Part shown: one piece after another, positions 28,895 through 41,089 of the stretch
How positions within the stretch are numbered: position 1 is the stretch's first letter
How the letters are laid out: every line of letters begins with the position of its first letter
Assembly (NCBI RefSeq): GCF_001194135.2
Contig: NC_068984.1
Span: forward strand, 39,417,891 to 39,481,890
From: Octopus bimaculoides
Taxonomy: Eukaryota
DNA: 64,000 nt
Reading direction: 5' to 3'
The notes under the pieces: model-generated
Seen by the model: the letters and a program-made list of their open reading frames with translations, nothing else
Database searches by the model: none
Told to the model about the DNA's origin: nothing
Program-made: the position numbers and the translations under genes

Positions 28895-29850
28895 CTTAAA
28901 TCACTAGAGTCGCTGGTGCCAGTTTCCCCTTCCTTACTGGTAGCGCTATTATTATCTTTTCCTTTAGGTTCTTCTTTGGTTTGAGCTGTAGCTCCTATGT
29001 GGTTGTTTTTCTTTCTCGCTACCTGGTGTTTCCTTTTTGTTCTCTTATGATCTCTTCTGCCTCCAATTCTGTCATCCACTTTCTTCTCCTAATAGCATTT
29101 GCTTAATCAACTAATCTCTGCTCAGTCACTTTAAACATACCCTTCTCTATCCAAAGTGTTAACATCCGTTTTCCATAGCCCTTTCTTTTAGGTTCATTTT
29201 CTAAGTAGAACTGTATCACTATCTTGTTTTCTTCGCCGGTTCACTTCCTCCTCCTTCTTGCTCTATTAACTGCTACTGGTGTATTGGGATGACAGCTGTG
29301 GTCAGTCTGCATCTTTACTGAACCACTGCCGAGCGAGAGGCCACCCCTTAAAGGTCCAGCTTCATTTTCGCAGTTACAATCAGAATTCTTCGGAAACTCC
29401 AATCCCCCATAAACTGGGGTAAGGTAACGTTCGTCACCATCGTCATCAGCGCTATCATTTCTCGACATCTGAAAGTTTCAAGCAACTTTCTATTGCACCA
29501 TTTATTACACCTTTGTGCTGGTGGAGTGGTGTGTGCTGCATTTTATGTGGGACGGGGATATTGTATTGTATCAGTACGTTTTGTTATGAGGTTTTGTTTA
29601 AGTTTTCTGTTGTTTAAGATTTTATAATGGGTGTTGTTTTTGTAGTGCAGGTTGTGTTTTTCTGTCGGATATCGGCCTTCTATGGCACATGGGTTTTGTT
29701 CATTTTGTTGGGTATTTACAGTATGAGTTTATTCTTGTATGTTTTTGGAGAGGTGCTGCATAGTAGTGTGTGTGTGTGTGTGTGTGTAACTCCTAAATTA
29801 ACTATTTTGTAGTATTTATGATTATCCATCTGTCGTTCTTTTACTTGGTT
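28895..29850 (-). mobile_element. 5' UTR and N-terminus of the R4/Dong family seen at 8440-9360
   Basis: Colinear homology (CENEAGPL, SGSVKMQTDH, EQRLVD, GETGTSD); 5' end abuts (AAT)n 29870-30020; ends at (CATA)n. Confidence 0.9.
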
Positions 29851-29869
29851 TTGTTAAGGGTTCCGTTAA

Positions 29870-30020
<151 letters not shown>

Positions 30021-30244
30021 CGTCTTCTTTCAGTTCCTTTTCCTTTTTGTTGCCGATTACCTCCCTAACACCTAGGACAGAGAAACGCACTGCATACATT
30101 TGTAGGCCATTAAAATAATCACACCAGATTGTTCATTTACAAAGTTATGTGACAGGAAAAGGCGGAAGAGAAATAGGAAAAAATATAAAATATAAAAGTA
30201 AACAAAGAAAATAAAGGGTAAGAAAGGAAAGAAAATTCATAGCG

Positions 30245-30480
30245 ACAATGCTCTTTGCAATACGTGTGACGTACCAATTAATACATTCTTTTGCACTCCC
30301 TACATGGATGGTAATCCAGGGATCATTCTTAAATAATTTTTCAGTTCCTTTTTTATCATTCCAAGTGCTCCTACAATCATTGGTATTGTAACCGTCTCGA
30401 GACTACTACTATGTGGTATAATTAAATGTTGTCTTAGTTTCCACTTTTGTTTTGTACTTGAGATAATCATAAATATGTCA
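30245..30480 (-). mobile_element. R4-type LINE 3' coding fragment
   Basis: TVTIPMIVGALGMIKKELKNYLRMIPG...VQKNVLIGTSHVLQRALS. Confidence 0.7.
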
Positions 30481-30599
30481 GGGCTGGAGGAGAAAGAATG
30501 AGAAGGAGAAGCAGCTTGGTGAATAGACCAAATTACACAGGTCTGTCAATAGGTTCGGCAGATGGTGAGAAGGAAATCAACTATGGGGCTTCGCATTCC

Positions 30600-30781
30600 T
30601 TATTATCGTTATTATTATTGTTCAGTAGTTTTATTTTTATAACGTGCTTTCACTTCACTACCGAGCGCAGCTCTGTGCGCCTTGGGTATGTGCTGTGGTT
30701 TGCTGTGGTGCTCTTATGGTTACTGTATTGAAAGTGTTTTGCGTAGGATGTGTGCTGTGCCCAGTAGTGCAATTTTCTGTA

Positions 30782-30783
<2 letters not shown>
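30600..30783 (-). mobile_element. Very short 5'-truncated R4-type copy flanked on both sides by (AAT)n
   Basis: IQKIALLGTAHILRKTLSIQ* + 3' UTR + aacaataataataa tail; upstream (AAT)n 30784-30833. Confidence 0.85.
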
Positions 30784-30835
<52 letters not shown>

Positions 30836-31125
30836 GGCGGTGAACTGGCAGAATTGTTTGCACGCCAGCGGTATTTCGTCCGTCGTTACGTTCTGAGGTT
30901 CAAATTCCGCCGAGGTCGACTTTGCCTTTCATTCTTTCGGGGTCGATAAATTAAGAACCAGTTGCGTACTGGGATCGATCTAATCGACTGCCCCACAAAA
31001 AAAAANNNNNNNNNNCGATAGAATAAGTTCTAGGCTTACAAAGAATAAGTACTGGGGTCGATTTGCTCGACTAAAGGTGATGCTCCAGCATGGCCGCAGT
31101 CAAATGACTGAAACAAGTAAAAGGA
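30836..31125 (+). mobile_element. SINE head/core (MetaSINE-like), then a long-family SINE tail across a 10-N gap
   Basis: A box TGGCAGAATTG, B box GGTTCAAATTCC, core gcctttcattctttcggggtcgataaattaag resembling the Meta/Sauria domain. Confidence 0.8.
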
Positions 31126-31151
31126 TACAACAATTAATATTATTATTATGA

Positions 31152-31375
31152 AGACGGTGAGCTAGCAGAATTGTTTACGCGCTGAGCGAAATACTTAACG
31201 GTATTTCTCCCGTCGCTACGTTCTGAGTTCAAATTCCGCCGAGGTCGACTTTGCTTTCATCCTTTGGGGTCGATAAATTAAGTATCACTTGTGTACTGGG
31301 GTCGATGTAATCGACTGGCCCCCCCTCCCACCAAATTTCAGACCTTGTGCCTATAGTAGAAAGGGTTATTATTAT
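31152..31375 (+). mobile_element. Complete short tRNA-derived SINE (MetaSINE-like core) with (TTA)n ends
   Basis: A/B boxes, core, 3' end ccttgtgcctatagtagaaaggg then ttattattat. Confidence 0.88.
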
Positions 31376-32593
31376 GTTTTTTTTTCTCTTTTTTTTTTTT
31401 TGTAAAATAGAATAATTAATTCATGTATATTTTGTTCTGCAAAATATGAAAATATCTACTGTATTTTTTTAGAGGTTAAAANNNNNNNNNNNNNNNNNNN
31501 NNNNNNNNNNNNNNNNNNNNNNNNNNNNNNNNNNNNNNNNNNNNNNNNNNNNNNNNNNNNNNNNNNNNNNNNNNNNNNNNNNNNNNNNNNNNNNNNNNNN
31601 NNNNNNNNNNNNNNNNNNNNNNNNNNNNNNNNNNNNNNNNNNNNNNNNNNNNNNNNNNNNNNNNNNNNNNNNNNNNNNNNNNNNNNNNNNNNNNNNNNNN
31701 NNNNNNNNNNNNNNNNNNNNNNNNNNNNNNNNNNNNNNNNNNNNNNNNNNNNNNNNNNNNNNNNNNNNNNNNNNNNNNNNNNNNNNNNNNNNNNNNNNNN
31801 NNNNNNNNNNNNNNNNNNNNNNNNNNNNNNNNNNNNNNNNNNNNNNNNNNNNNNNNNNNNNNNNNNNNNNNNNNNNNNNNNNNNNNNNNNNNNNNNNNNN
31901 NNNNNNNNNNNNNNNNNNNNNNNNNNNNNNNNNNNNNNNNNNNNNNNNNNNNNNNNNNNNNNNNNNNNNNNNNNNNNNNNNNNNNNNNNNNNNNNNNNNN
32001 NNNNNNNNNNNNNNNNNNNNNNNNNNNNNNNNNNNNNNNNNNNNNNNNNNNNNNNNNNNNNNNNNNNNNNNNNNNNNNNNNNNNNNNNNNNNNNNNNNNN
32101 NNNNNNNNNNNNNNNNNNNNNNNNNNNNNNNNNNNNNNNNNNNNNNNNNNNNNNNNNNNNNNNNNNNNNNNNNNNNNNNNNNNNNNNNNNNNNNNNNNNN
32201 NNNNNNNNNNNNNNNNNNNNNTGAGCTGAAATATAGAAAAGACAAAGCTGAAGTGATGGGCAAAGGAATGGGATTTAGAGGATCGTGCTACACACGCGCA
32301 CTTATTGATAATCAATTTCTCTCTCTCACTCGCTCTCTCTCTCTCGCTCTCTTTCTTTCTCTCTCTCTCGCTCTCTTTCTTTCTCTCTCTCTCGCTCTCT
32401 TTCTTTCTCTCTCTCTCTCTCTCTCTCTCTCACTCGCTCTCTCTCACCCCCGCGCGCACCCTCCCCACACCCTTACACACCCACACTTCTTTCTCTTTCT
32501 CTCTTTCTTTCTCTCTTTCTCTCTCTCTTTCTGTCTGTCTCCCCCCCTCGCTCTCTCTTATATATCTGTCCCCTTAGCTAGCCACTATTTTTT

Positions 32594-32947
32594 ATGTGTA
32601 TGATTTGTGGGAGGAAATGCTTGAGTCGTGCAAACCTGGTCAGCTATCAGAGAACTCTCGGGATTAGATCCATTGTAAATTGTGATATGGCTATTGTTCA
32701 CAGCAGAACATGTGCAACCAGTGGAAGGGTGTGCCTTTCAGTAGGAGTATTGAAAAGGCATGTCAAAAAAGTTCATACTGTGGCACCTGTTCCTTCTGCC
32801 AGCAAGCGCAGCTGTGGGTTATGTAATAGAATGTGCAAATCTTTCACTGGTCTCAAGAGTCATACAAGGTCCCACATTGTATCATTAATGACTCATTTCG
32901 GTGATCCTTTCTAGCAATGGGTTTGCTTGCATACGAGAAAGCAGCTA

Positions 32948-32950
<3 letters not shown>
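32594..32950 (+). mobile_element. RTE-type LINE 3' end with tandem degenerate C2H2 zinc fingers
   Basis: CMICGRKCLSRANLVSY, CATSGRVCLSVGVLKRHVKKVH, CGLCNRMCKSFTGLKSHTRSH; followed by gcatacgagaaagcagctact and (TG)n. Confidence 0.65.
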
Positions 32951-33032
<82 letters not shown>

Positions 33033-33540
33033 ATTATATATATATGTAGATATAAATATAATTAAGGCTACTGAGAAACAGCACTTCTATGCCAGAGATA
33101 GACGTCAAATGACTCTATATTTGACGTTAATTCTAGATCGTCCGATTTCTGGTTTAGTAATACAATTACTTTACCGTCACCAGTAAAAAATACCAAAAGT
33201 ACATAAATGCAAATGTATATACATACTCATACAAATACATGCGTATATATACGAATAATACATATGTTTACACGTATATACGAGGCAAGTCCGATTATTA
33301 ATCTCAACCACGTGCGTATTTGATCAAACTAATACTGCAGTAAATATAATGATCGGAGTGAATAAATACATTGCACATGCATACATATGACTCTAAAACC
33401 TTTAAATCTTTTTATTCATTTTCCTCGCTTTCAGCCTGTGCTAATGGAGTGTAAATTGAAGTGGTTTTAGAGTCATTTAGCATCTATCTCTAGCATGTAG
33501 GTACTGTTTCTCAGTACCCTTAATTATAATTATATCTATA

Positions 33541-33589
<49 letters not shown>

Positions 33590-33591
<2 letters not shown>

Positions 33592-33900
33592 TGAATCCAA
33601 ACAAAGAAGAACAAACAAGAAGTGAGAATAACGCGTGGACGTGGTACAAGTACTGAATTATCAGACGCTCAGGAAAGGAAGGAAAGAGGATTTAACGTTT
33701 CGAGCCAAGCTCTTCTTCAGAAATAGAGGAAATAGCAAGTAGTGTTTGAAATGGAGGCAGGAACCATAAATGGAGGCAGTAACCATAAATCTCACGTCGG
33801 GAATTTAATAATCCTGGTTTCAGGGAATGTTTGAGGATCTTTGCTCGCTCAGCTAAACATTGCTTGCAGCGTCCGCTCACGTTGATATGGGATCCTAGCC
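33590..33900 (-). mobile_element. Penelope-like 3' end (GIY-YIG C-terminus + tail)
   Basis: CKQCLAERAKILKHSLKPGLLNSRREIYGYCLH, followed by the tail with a hammerhead motif. Confidence 0.8.
33690..33724 (-). ncRNA. Minimal type I hammerhead ribozyme motif
   Basis: ATTT-CTGAAGA-A-GAGC(TTG)GCTC-GAAAC-GTT-AAAT: intact core, stem II, palindromic AACGTT stem III, 4-bp stem I. Confidence 0.7.
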
Positions 33901-34129
33901 GCTCTATGACCTGTGTAATGTAATGATCCAGTGCGATCACCCCACCAAACATAGGAAACCGAACATTGTATGATTATCGACATAACATGCCCCGGTGACA
34001 AGATCTTTTTCTTCTGTACTTTACCAGATGTAATAAGCTGTCCAGAACTTTTTCAAGTGTAATAACTTGTCCTGTAATTCTCCAGGTTTATAATCTTAAG
34101 AATATTATTTCTCTTACTCGCATTTTCCC

Positions 34130-35640
34130 ATTTAATAATAATTGATACACTTGATTTTTTGAGTAAGTGCCTCAGTGACAATCTCGATAAGCAAGGGTTT
34201 TCAGAAAACGAAATCAATCAGCTAACACGTACATTACAAATACATTCTATATCTAATTTCAACAATGAGGATATGTATTTTTGTTAGAACCTAGTTCCTT
34301 CCTTACTGGAAGAGTTGAAATAATTAAAAATAGAACAGAATATACATACATACATACACACATACACACATACATACATATATACATATATACATACATA
34401 CTCACATGCATACACACACATACATACATACATACATACATACATACATACATTCATACATACATACATACATACATACATACATACATACATACATACA
34501 TAGAAGTCGCACGACTCTACCGCAACATATCATCAGATGGAAGGATGAGCCTATATCACCAGAAGACTATGCATGGATATGTTAGTAGAAAGCTATGTGA
34601 TAATAATAACATCGATCATCAAAGCAGTTTATCATGGACGAATAGACGCATTACTACATCCCACTTTAAATGGTACGAGTTTGCAATCCAGGAACAGGAA
34701 ATATCAACCAAGTACCTGATGCACAAAAGGGATGGAGATGCAGAAAAAGCCGTAAAATGTGACAACAGATCCAGACTTTGAAGAGTTCACACTGAAGATA
34801 TCACACACATCATAAGCAGTTATCTACCGAGGAGACATGACGTTGTAGCTAGGATACTCTATAATGATATCCGTCGGAAGGATAATCCCGAGGACAAAGA
34901 AATATAAACCCATAATACGGTAGAAGCCATAGCCACTCATAATAAAAAGGAATGCTGATGTAATGTACCAGTGAAGATCTCAATAAAATGTAAGCACAAC
35001 AGACCTGATATAATGATTTGGGATAGAGAAAAGAAACTGGGCACAGTTGTGGAAATTAGCTGCCCACTGGATGTTAACATAAAGCTGAGGATCTGTGAAA
35101 ATGAGAACATCTACGCTGAAGTATTGAGAAATTTGTAGTTACTCTATCCAGATTACAAGTTCAGGTTTATATCTGTAATTATTGGGGCCCTGGGATATGT
35201 AACACACTGCCTAAATAGCAATTTTGGGAAATTAGGCTTCTCAGAACCAGAAAGGAGAAAGCTAATTCGAAGTCTACAGATCCAATCCATCACTGGAACT
35301 ATAAAAATCTGTAAAACTTTCCAGAAGTTTATCATTTAAATATATATGAGCATGTCTAGATATATATGCAGCTATATGCATGAGAATACATACATAAAAC
35401 ATACAAATTTGCACATACATACATGCATATATACATACATACAAACATGCATACATACATACATACATACATACATACATACATACATACATACATACAT
35501 ACATACATAAATGCATGTTTTACCCCGTAAGGGAGATACGTGAGTGTTGTATACATAAAACCGAATAAGGTATAGTTGGTAGAATTTAACTTGCGCGTGA
35601 AACAATCGAAAACCATGACAATCTCACTTTACTCTTTGAG
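34130..35640 (+). mobile_element. RLE LINE family A 3' end, split in its internal (CATA)n by a family B insertion
   Basis: 34130-34340 and 35527-35640 match 36700-37010 and 37116-37229 respectively. Confidence 0.85.
34503..35405 (+). mobile_element. RLE LINE family B, 5'-truncated, about 0.9 kb
   Basis: FAIQEQEISTKYL, CDNRSRL, RHDVVAR, CKHNRPDIMIWDREKKLGTVVEISCPLDVN, IGALG, SITGTIKICKTFQKFII*; (CATA)n on both sides. Confidence 0.92.
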
Positions 35641-36117
35641 TCAGCCAATCAGTAAACGTTCCGTTGCCATTCTCAAAACTGCTTTTAAATAATCACAAAT
35701 ACATTCGCAGACATACATACACGGATGCACACTCAAATACAATGAAGATTAGAATCGCAAAAAAGTTTTACGATATCACCATTCTTACATATATTTCCAA
35801 AAAACCTATCTACACACAACTTAAATGAAACTTGGAAGCAGTAGAAAATATGTCCCTGAACTCGAAATTCATATGAAGCCAGTAGGGTTTTTAATGACTT
35901 TATTCAAGGTTTGACCTAACCAAAGACATCAAAATGAAATTGTAACATGATTTGGAATTCTCCGTCTGTGATCTCGAAATAATCCAAGCTACGAGTAATT
36001 TGGTAAGTTTTTCATTTTTGGATTCTTCTTGTCTGTATAATTTGAGAAATGATGCAGCGAATATGCAAGATTGAACAAAAGGTCGAAAGATTTGATACAA
36101 ATAAGAAATTACAAAAG

Positions 36118-36149
<32 letters not shown>

Positions 36150-36415
36150 TGGAGCATATCTTGCAAAGGACTGTCATGAAAAATGACTGTTCGAATAAAA
36201 AGATCTTAAAAAAGATCTTGGAAATGAATGTGTATGATTATGCATGCATACGCACGCACGCACACACATACACACACAAACACACACACACACACGCACA
36301 GCACACAAAATATACATAATACATACATACATACATACATACATACATACATACATACATACATGCATGCATACATACATACATACATACATACATACAT
36401 ACATACATACATACA

Positions 36416-37230
36416 GAAAAGCATGCATATAGAAAACCCACCCGTTATTGAATACATACATACACATTCACTCAAAGAATACTGGCGAAACATTCCCATC
36501 AAAACTTCTACTAAGTACAAACAGAACAGGCTGGATATTGCTGTTTGAAAAAGTCAAGAAAAAATATGTACCATCATTAAAGTCAGCTGCTCTGATGATA
36601 TGAATGTCTCTTCGAGAATCAAAGAGAAAGTGAATGATTACGGACAACTGCTTCGAAAACTGCAGCTTCTATGCCCATACTATAAATTCACATTTGTATC
36701 AATAATAATTGCTGCACCTGATTTTTTGAGTAAATGCTTAAGTGACAATCTCGATAAGCAAGGGTTTTCAGAAAATGAAATCTATCAGCTAATACGTATA
36801 TTACAAATACATTCTATAAATAGAACATTTTGAACTTGAAAATGGTCTTGCATACTTTTATATGCAAGACCATTCTCAAGTTAAAAATGTGAATTTATTT
36901 TAATTATCTAATTTCAACGATGGAGATATGTATTTTTTGTAACAAACTAGTTCTTTCCTTACTGGAAGACTTGAAATAATTAATAATAGAATAGAATATA
37001 CATACATACACACATATACACATACATGCATGATGCATACATGCATGCATACATACATGCATACATACATACATGCATACATACATACATACATACATAC
37101 ATACATACGATGTATGTAAGGAAGATACGTTAGTGTTGCATACATAATACTGAATAAGGTGTAGTTGGTAGAATTTAATTTGCGTGTAAAACAATCTAAC
37201 ATCAGGACAATTTCACTTTACTCTTTGAGC
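36416..37230 (+). mobile_element. RLE LINE family A, 5'-truncated, uninterrupted 3' UTR with hairpin and internal (CATA)n
   Basis: EYWRNIPIKTSTKYKQNRLDI, IKEKVNDYGQLLRKLQLLCPYYKF; preceded by (CATA)n. Confidence 0.9.
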
Positions 37231-37711
37231 CACTTTTTTTTCAAATATTATTCTTTTCTAAGTTTTATATTAATCAAAACTAAGCAATAAAACGTGCAAT
37301 ACATACCTAGTTTCTGGAGAAAAAGAGGAGTCTAAAGTATTGTGAGTTCTACACACAATGATTGCCTTTGTCAGAATTCTAAATAAATGGTTGTTTTTGG
37401 TGGTCAATAGCATAGTTTGAACAGCTGGTTGCAGAAAGGACACACAGTAATGCAACTATTAGAGCGTTACTCGCCAACATTTTGACTTATAAAGATTTCA
37501 ATATTTCTTAAATACTGACAGAGGAAACACATATTCAATAAAACAACAGCACTTTATACTTGCATAGCTTTATCGGAACCTACTTTAATATAAACATATG
37601 GACAAGGGCGGTTTATTTCAGCTAAACATCCATAATGATCAATACTTACAATATTGAATCTCAGATTTCTTCAGATTTGTGCATAAATGTGGAAAATATA
37701 TAATTTGCATA

Positions 37712-37808
<97 letters not shown>

Positions 37809-37979
37809 ATAGAGTTTAAAGACATCGATAAAATATATGTACTGGGTACATATATTTAAATTAATTTTAAGTGGTGTGCAGCGGGATTTAAACCATTTTT
37901 AAGTGGTGTCTAACGACTTTTAAGAGGTGTGTAGCGGAATGTTCAGCAATCGCCCGATGTCCTGATTCGTTAGAATATT

Positions 37980-38210
37980 TATTTCTTTATTGCCCACAAG
38001 GGGGTTAAACATCGAGGGGACAAACGAGGGAAGACAAAGGGTTTAAGTCGATGACATCGTCCCCAGTGCGTAACTGGTACTTATTTAATTGACCCCGAAA
38101 GAATGAAAGATAAAGTCGATGTCGGCGGAGTTTGAACTCAGAACGTAACGACAGACAAAATACCGCTAAGCATTTCGCCCGGCGTGCTAACGATTCTGCC
38201 AGCTCGCCGC
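37980..38210 (-). mobile_element. Complete short SINE with 19-bp target-site duplication
   Basis: cctgattcgtta(g/a)aatatt at 37961-37979 and 38211-38229; A/B boxes and Meta-like core. Confidence 0.92.
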
Positions 38211-38479
38211 CCTGATTCGTTAAAATATTGGCCGCGTGATCGACACAATTTGACTAATCACGACTTCTCACCGAATAGTCTCCAGTGACGATCTTTTCTT
38301 TGAATTTCTAAATTCTAAATTAAACCGGAAATATTCAACACCTTTACAAAAAAAGCTTCCACTATATGCATTAGCGCAGAACGCATATTTGTAAAGTTGA
38401 AAAACGAAAGAGGCATTAAAAATTGGTAATAAAATCCATATTCCTTTTACAAATTTATTGAAACAAATTATACATATTC

Positions 38480-39285
38480 TTTATTACATGGGAAAATGAA
38501 AATAAATCTTCATATTTTAACGTAAGAACCGATGGCACCAACCGATTTCCTCAAATAGCCAAGGCTGGAATGAACAACCTTCTGAAGGACGTCGTCTGGG
38601 ATATCATTGAGAACCTCCTGAATCCGTGTCTCCAAGTCCTCCAGTGTGCGTGGTTTTGTCTTGTACACCTCTTTTGTGTAACCCCACAATCACATAGAGT
38701 GAGATCTGGATTTCTTGGAGTTCTGGACTTCTGGACTTCTGAACTTCTGTGGTCACAGTCTTCAGGTGTTAGCTCCTGCATGCAATGGGGTTTCCACGGA
38801 CAAAAATTCAATTCTTTAAGCAACACCGCACGTATTGTGTGTCTTGTTAGTCCACTTTCACAAGCTGCTTGACGTGTTGATTTTTGCGGGCATTTCCTGC
38901 ATAGATACCACGTTCTCCGCTAATCGGGATGTGGTTGAACGGCTACTTGTTGCATCGTTCACAGAGTCTGTGGTCATCAGCTTTGCTTGACAACTTTTTA
39001 TTGTCTCCGGGTGTAGTATTGCATGCTTACCTTTCCATGCACGCCACCATCTCAGACCCAAAACAATGGAATTCCACACTTCATAGCGTGCTTGCTATCT
39101 TAGCTGACTCCTGAACAGTCAAGCGACCGGCCATCTGGAAAATAAGAAATAAGAAATATGACAATAAGAAAATAAGAAATCCCCATTAGCGTTGTCTGTT
39201 TAAAAAGTGTTTTTGTCATGGCTTCAGTGATACTAAAAATTCTATAAGCAATTTCTAATGCCTGATTACTTTTTACCCACCCTAT
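38480..39285 (-). mobile_element. Internally deleted DUF4817-type Tc1/mariner element
   Basis: 5' terminus TATAGGGTGGGTAAAAAGTAAT; MAGRLTVQE..., KELNFCPWKPHCMQELTPED joined to PRNPDLTLCD...VYKTKPRTLEDLETRI. Confidence 0.85.
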
Positions 39286-39289
39286 ATAC

Positions 39290-39322
<33 letters not shown>

Positions 39323-39856
39323 TGTATGTATGTATGCATGCATGTATGTATGTATATTGATTTATTGATTTGGTTATTTAATGAATATTTATTTTTTATG
39401 AAAATCTTTACACCTTCAGTCTGTAATTATGAATAACATAACACTTAACTGTGAAGGTCTCATATGGCTTAAGCATAACCAAAGTCGTCTCTATACATTT
39501 CAAAGATCAGATTGGCTCCTTATTGCTTAAGCCTCACATTCAAGTAAATCAATTTCAATTTCCAAAGTTTCTGTCCTATCTTCCTTGACAATAAATATCA
39601 TTAAACCTAATAACTTTATTCTTCATCACGAATGAAACTTTAATTGCTTGGACTTTGTGGTTCACTCTATCAATTGTACACATAGACATATACCCACGCA
39701 GACACAGGTACACACCTAGTCATACGTATAGATATAGAGGTAAAAAGACATATACATAGATCTATATACACATATATATAGAGAGAGAGACACACACACA
39801 CACACACCTACCTACCTACCTACCTACCTACATACATACATACATACATACATACA

Positions 39857-40380
39857 ACTGACCTGATATAATGATTTGGGATAGAGAAAAGAAACTGTGC
39901 ACAGTTGTGGAAATTAGCTGCCCAGCGGATGTTAACATACAGTGAAAAAGAGAACACTTATGCTGAACTATTGAGAAATCTGTAGTTACTCTTTCAAGAT
40001 TACAAGTTCAGGTTGATACCTGTAAGTATTGGGGCCCTGAGATGTAACACACTACCTAAATGCCAATCTTGAGAAATTAGACTTCCTAAAACCAGAAAGG
40101 AGAAAGCTAATTCGAAGACTACAGATCTAATCCATCACTGAAACTGTAAAAATCTGTAAAACTCTCCAGAAGCTTATCATTTAAATATATGTGAGCATGT
40201 CTAGATATGCAACTATATGCATGAGAATACGTACATAAAACATACAAATCTGCACATACATACATACATACATACATACAAACAAAAATACCTGTTGTTG
40301 ATGTTGAAATTTCAATGAAGGAGCCTTGGATCTAGGTTAGAAATAGGCTCTTCCTCTATTGGCATGAAATCTTGACATAT
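39857..40380 (+). mobile_element. RLE LINE family B, 5'-truncated, with 3' UTR (CATA)n
   Basis: Matches 35005-35420; 5' junction in (TACA)n 39829-39856; (CATA)n 40255-40279. Extension of the UTR to about 40380 is inferred. Confidence 0.88.
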
Positions 40381-40719
40381 ATTTTGTTGGCCTTGTTGCT
40401 TTTGTCGTTGTCGGTGTCTCCGTTGGTGCTGCTACAAACATCGTCGTTGTTGGAGCTGTTATGGCGTTATAGTGGTGGTGGTTGCTGTCATTGTTATTAT
40501 TGTTATCATCATCAACATTATCATTCGTGATGGTGCTGCTGCTATTTCTACTAAAGCTGCTGCCGTTGCTATTATTACAGCTATTCCTGCGACCGCTGTA
40601 GCTGCTGGAAACGCTGCTGCTGCTTTTAGGGTCAGATACCACTTCAGCCTCGTAAACGACTCCCGTGGTTTCACATTAGCCTCCCACTGAGCATCTGCTG
40701 TAGTCCCTGCATGAGCATC

Positions 40720-41085
40720 CCGTCCTGTTCGCGGCCTAGGGGTGTTAACAAAAATACTCTTACTATTAGGGGCGCAGCTAAAAGAGACTCTTAGGTTGTA
40801 TTTGTTGTATAGACGTCCATACCTATGTGCTTATCTATTAGCCTAATTAATATCCTACCTAGACATGTTTTTACGCTAAGGGAGTAGGTTGGGGTGGGGG
40901 CAAACAAAACGATATTTCTGTGGCGCTTCCTTCTGCGGGTGTTAGGGCCCGGCATCTAAGAGATGCAGTCTCTAAACCCGCAAGCATCTAGGGCCTCGTT
41001 ATAGTAGGAGGCTGCTGCGTCAGAAATTTCTTGGCTAGAATACAGATTCGAAATCCTCTTGCAGACACCCTTCACCAAGTTTTTG
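40720..41085 (-). mobile_element. Penelope-like RT C-terminal fragment
   Basis: KRISNLYSSQEISDAAASYYNEALDACGF...RKRHRNIV...YSLSVKTCLGRILIRLIDKH. Confidence 0.75.
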
Positions 41086-41089
41086 AAAA

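Noticed and set aside
30836-31375. tRNA genes, or SINEs mobilised by the TAA-targeting Dong family
   Set aside because: The heads continue into SINE cores without a full cloverleaf, and repeat polarity is opposite to the R4 insertions.
40337-40690. Ala/Ser/Asn-rich ORFs; similar at 60991-61332
   Set aside because: Degenerate trinucleotide low-complexity sequence with no domain or convincing splice structure.
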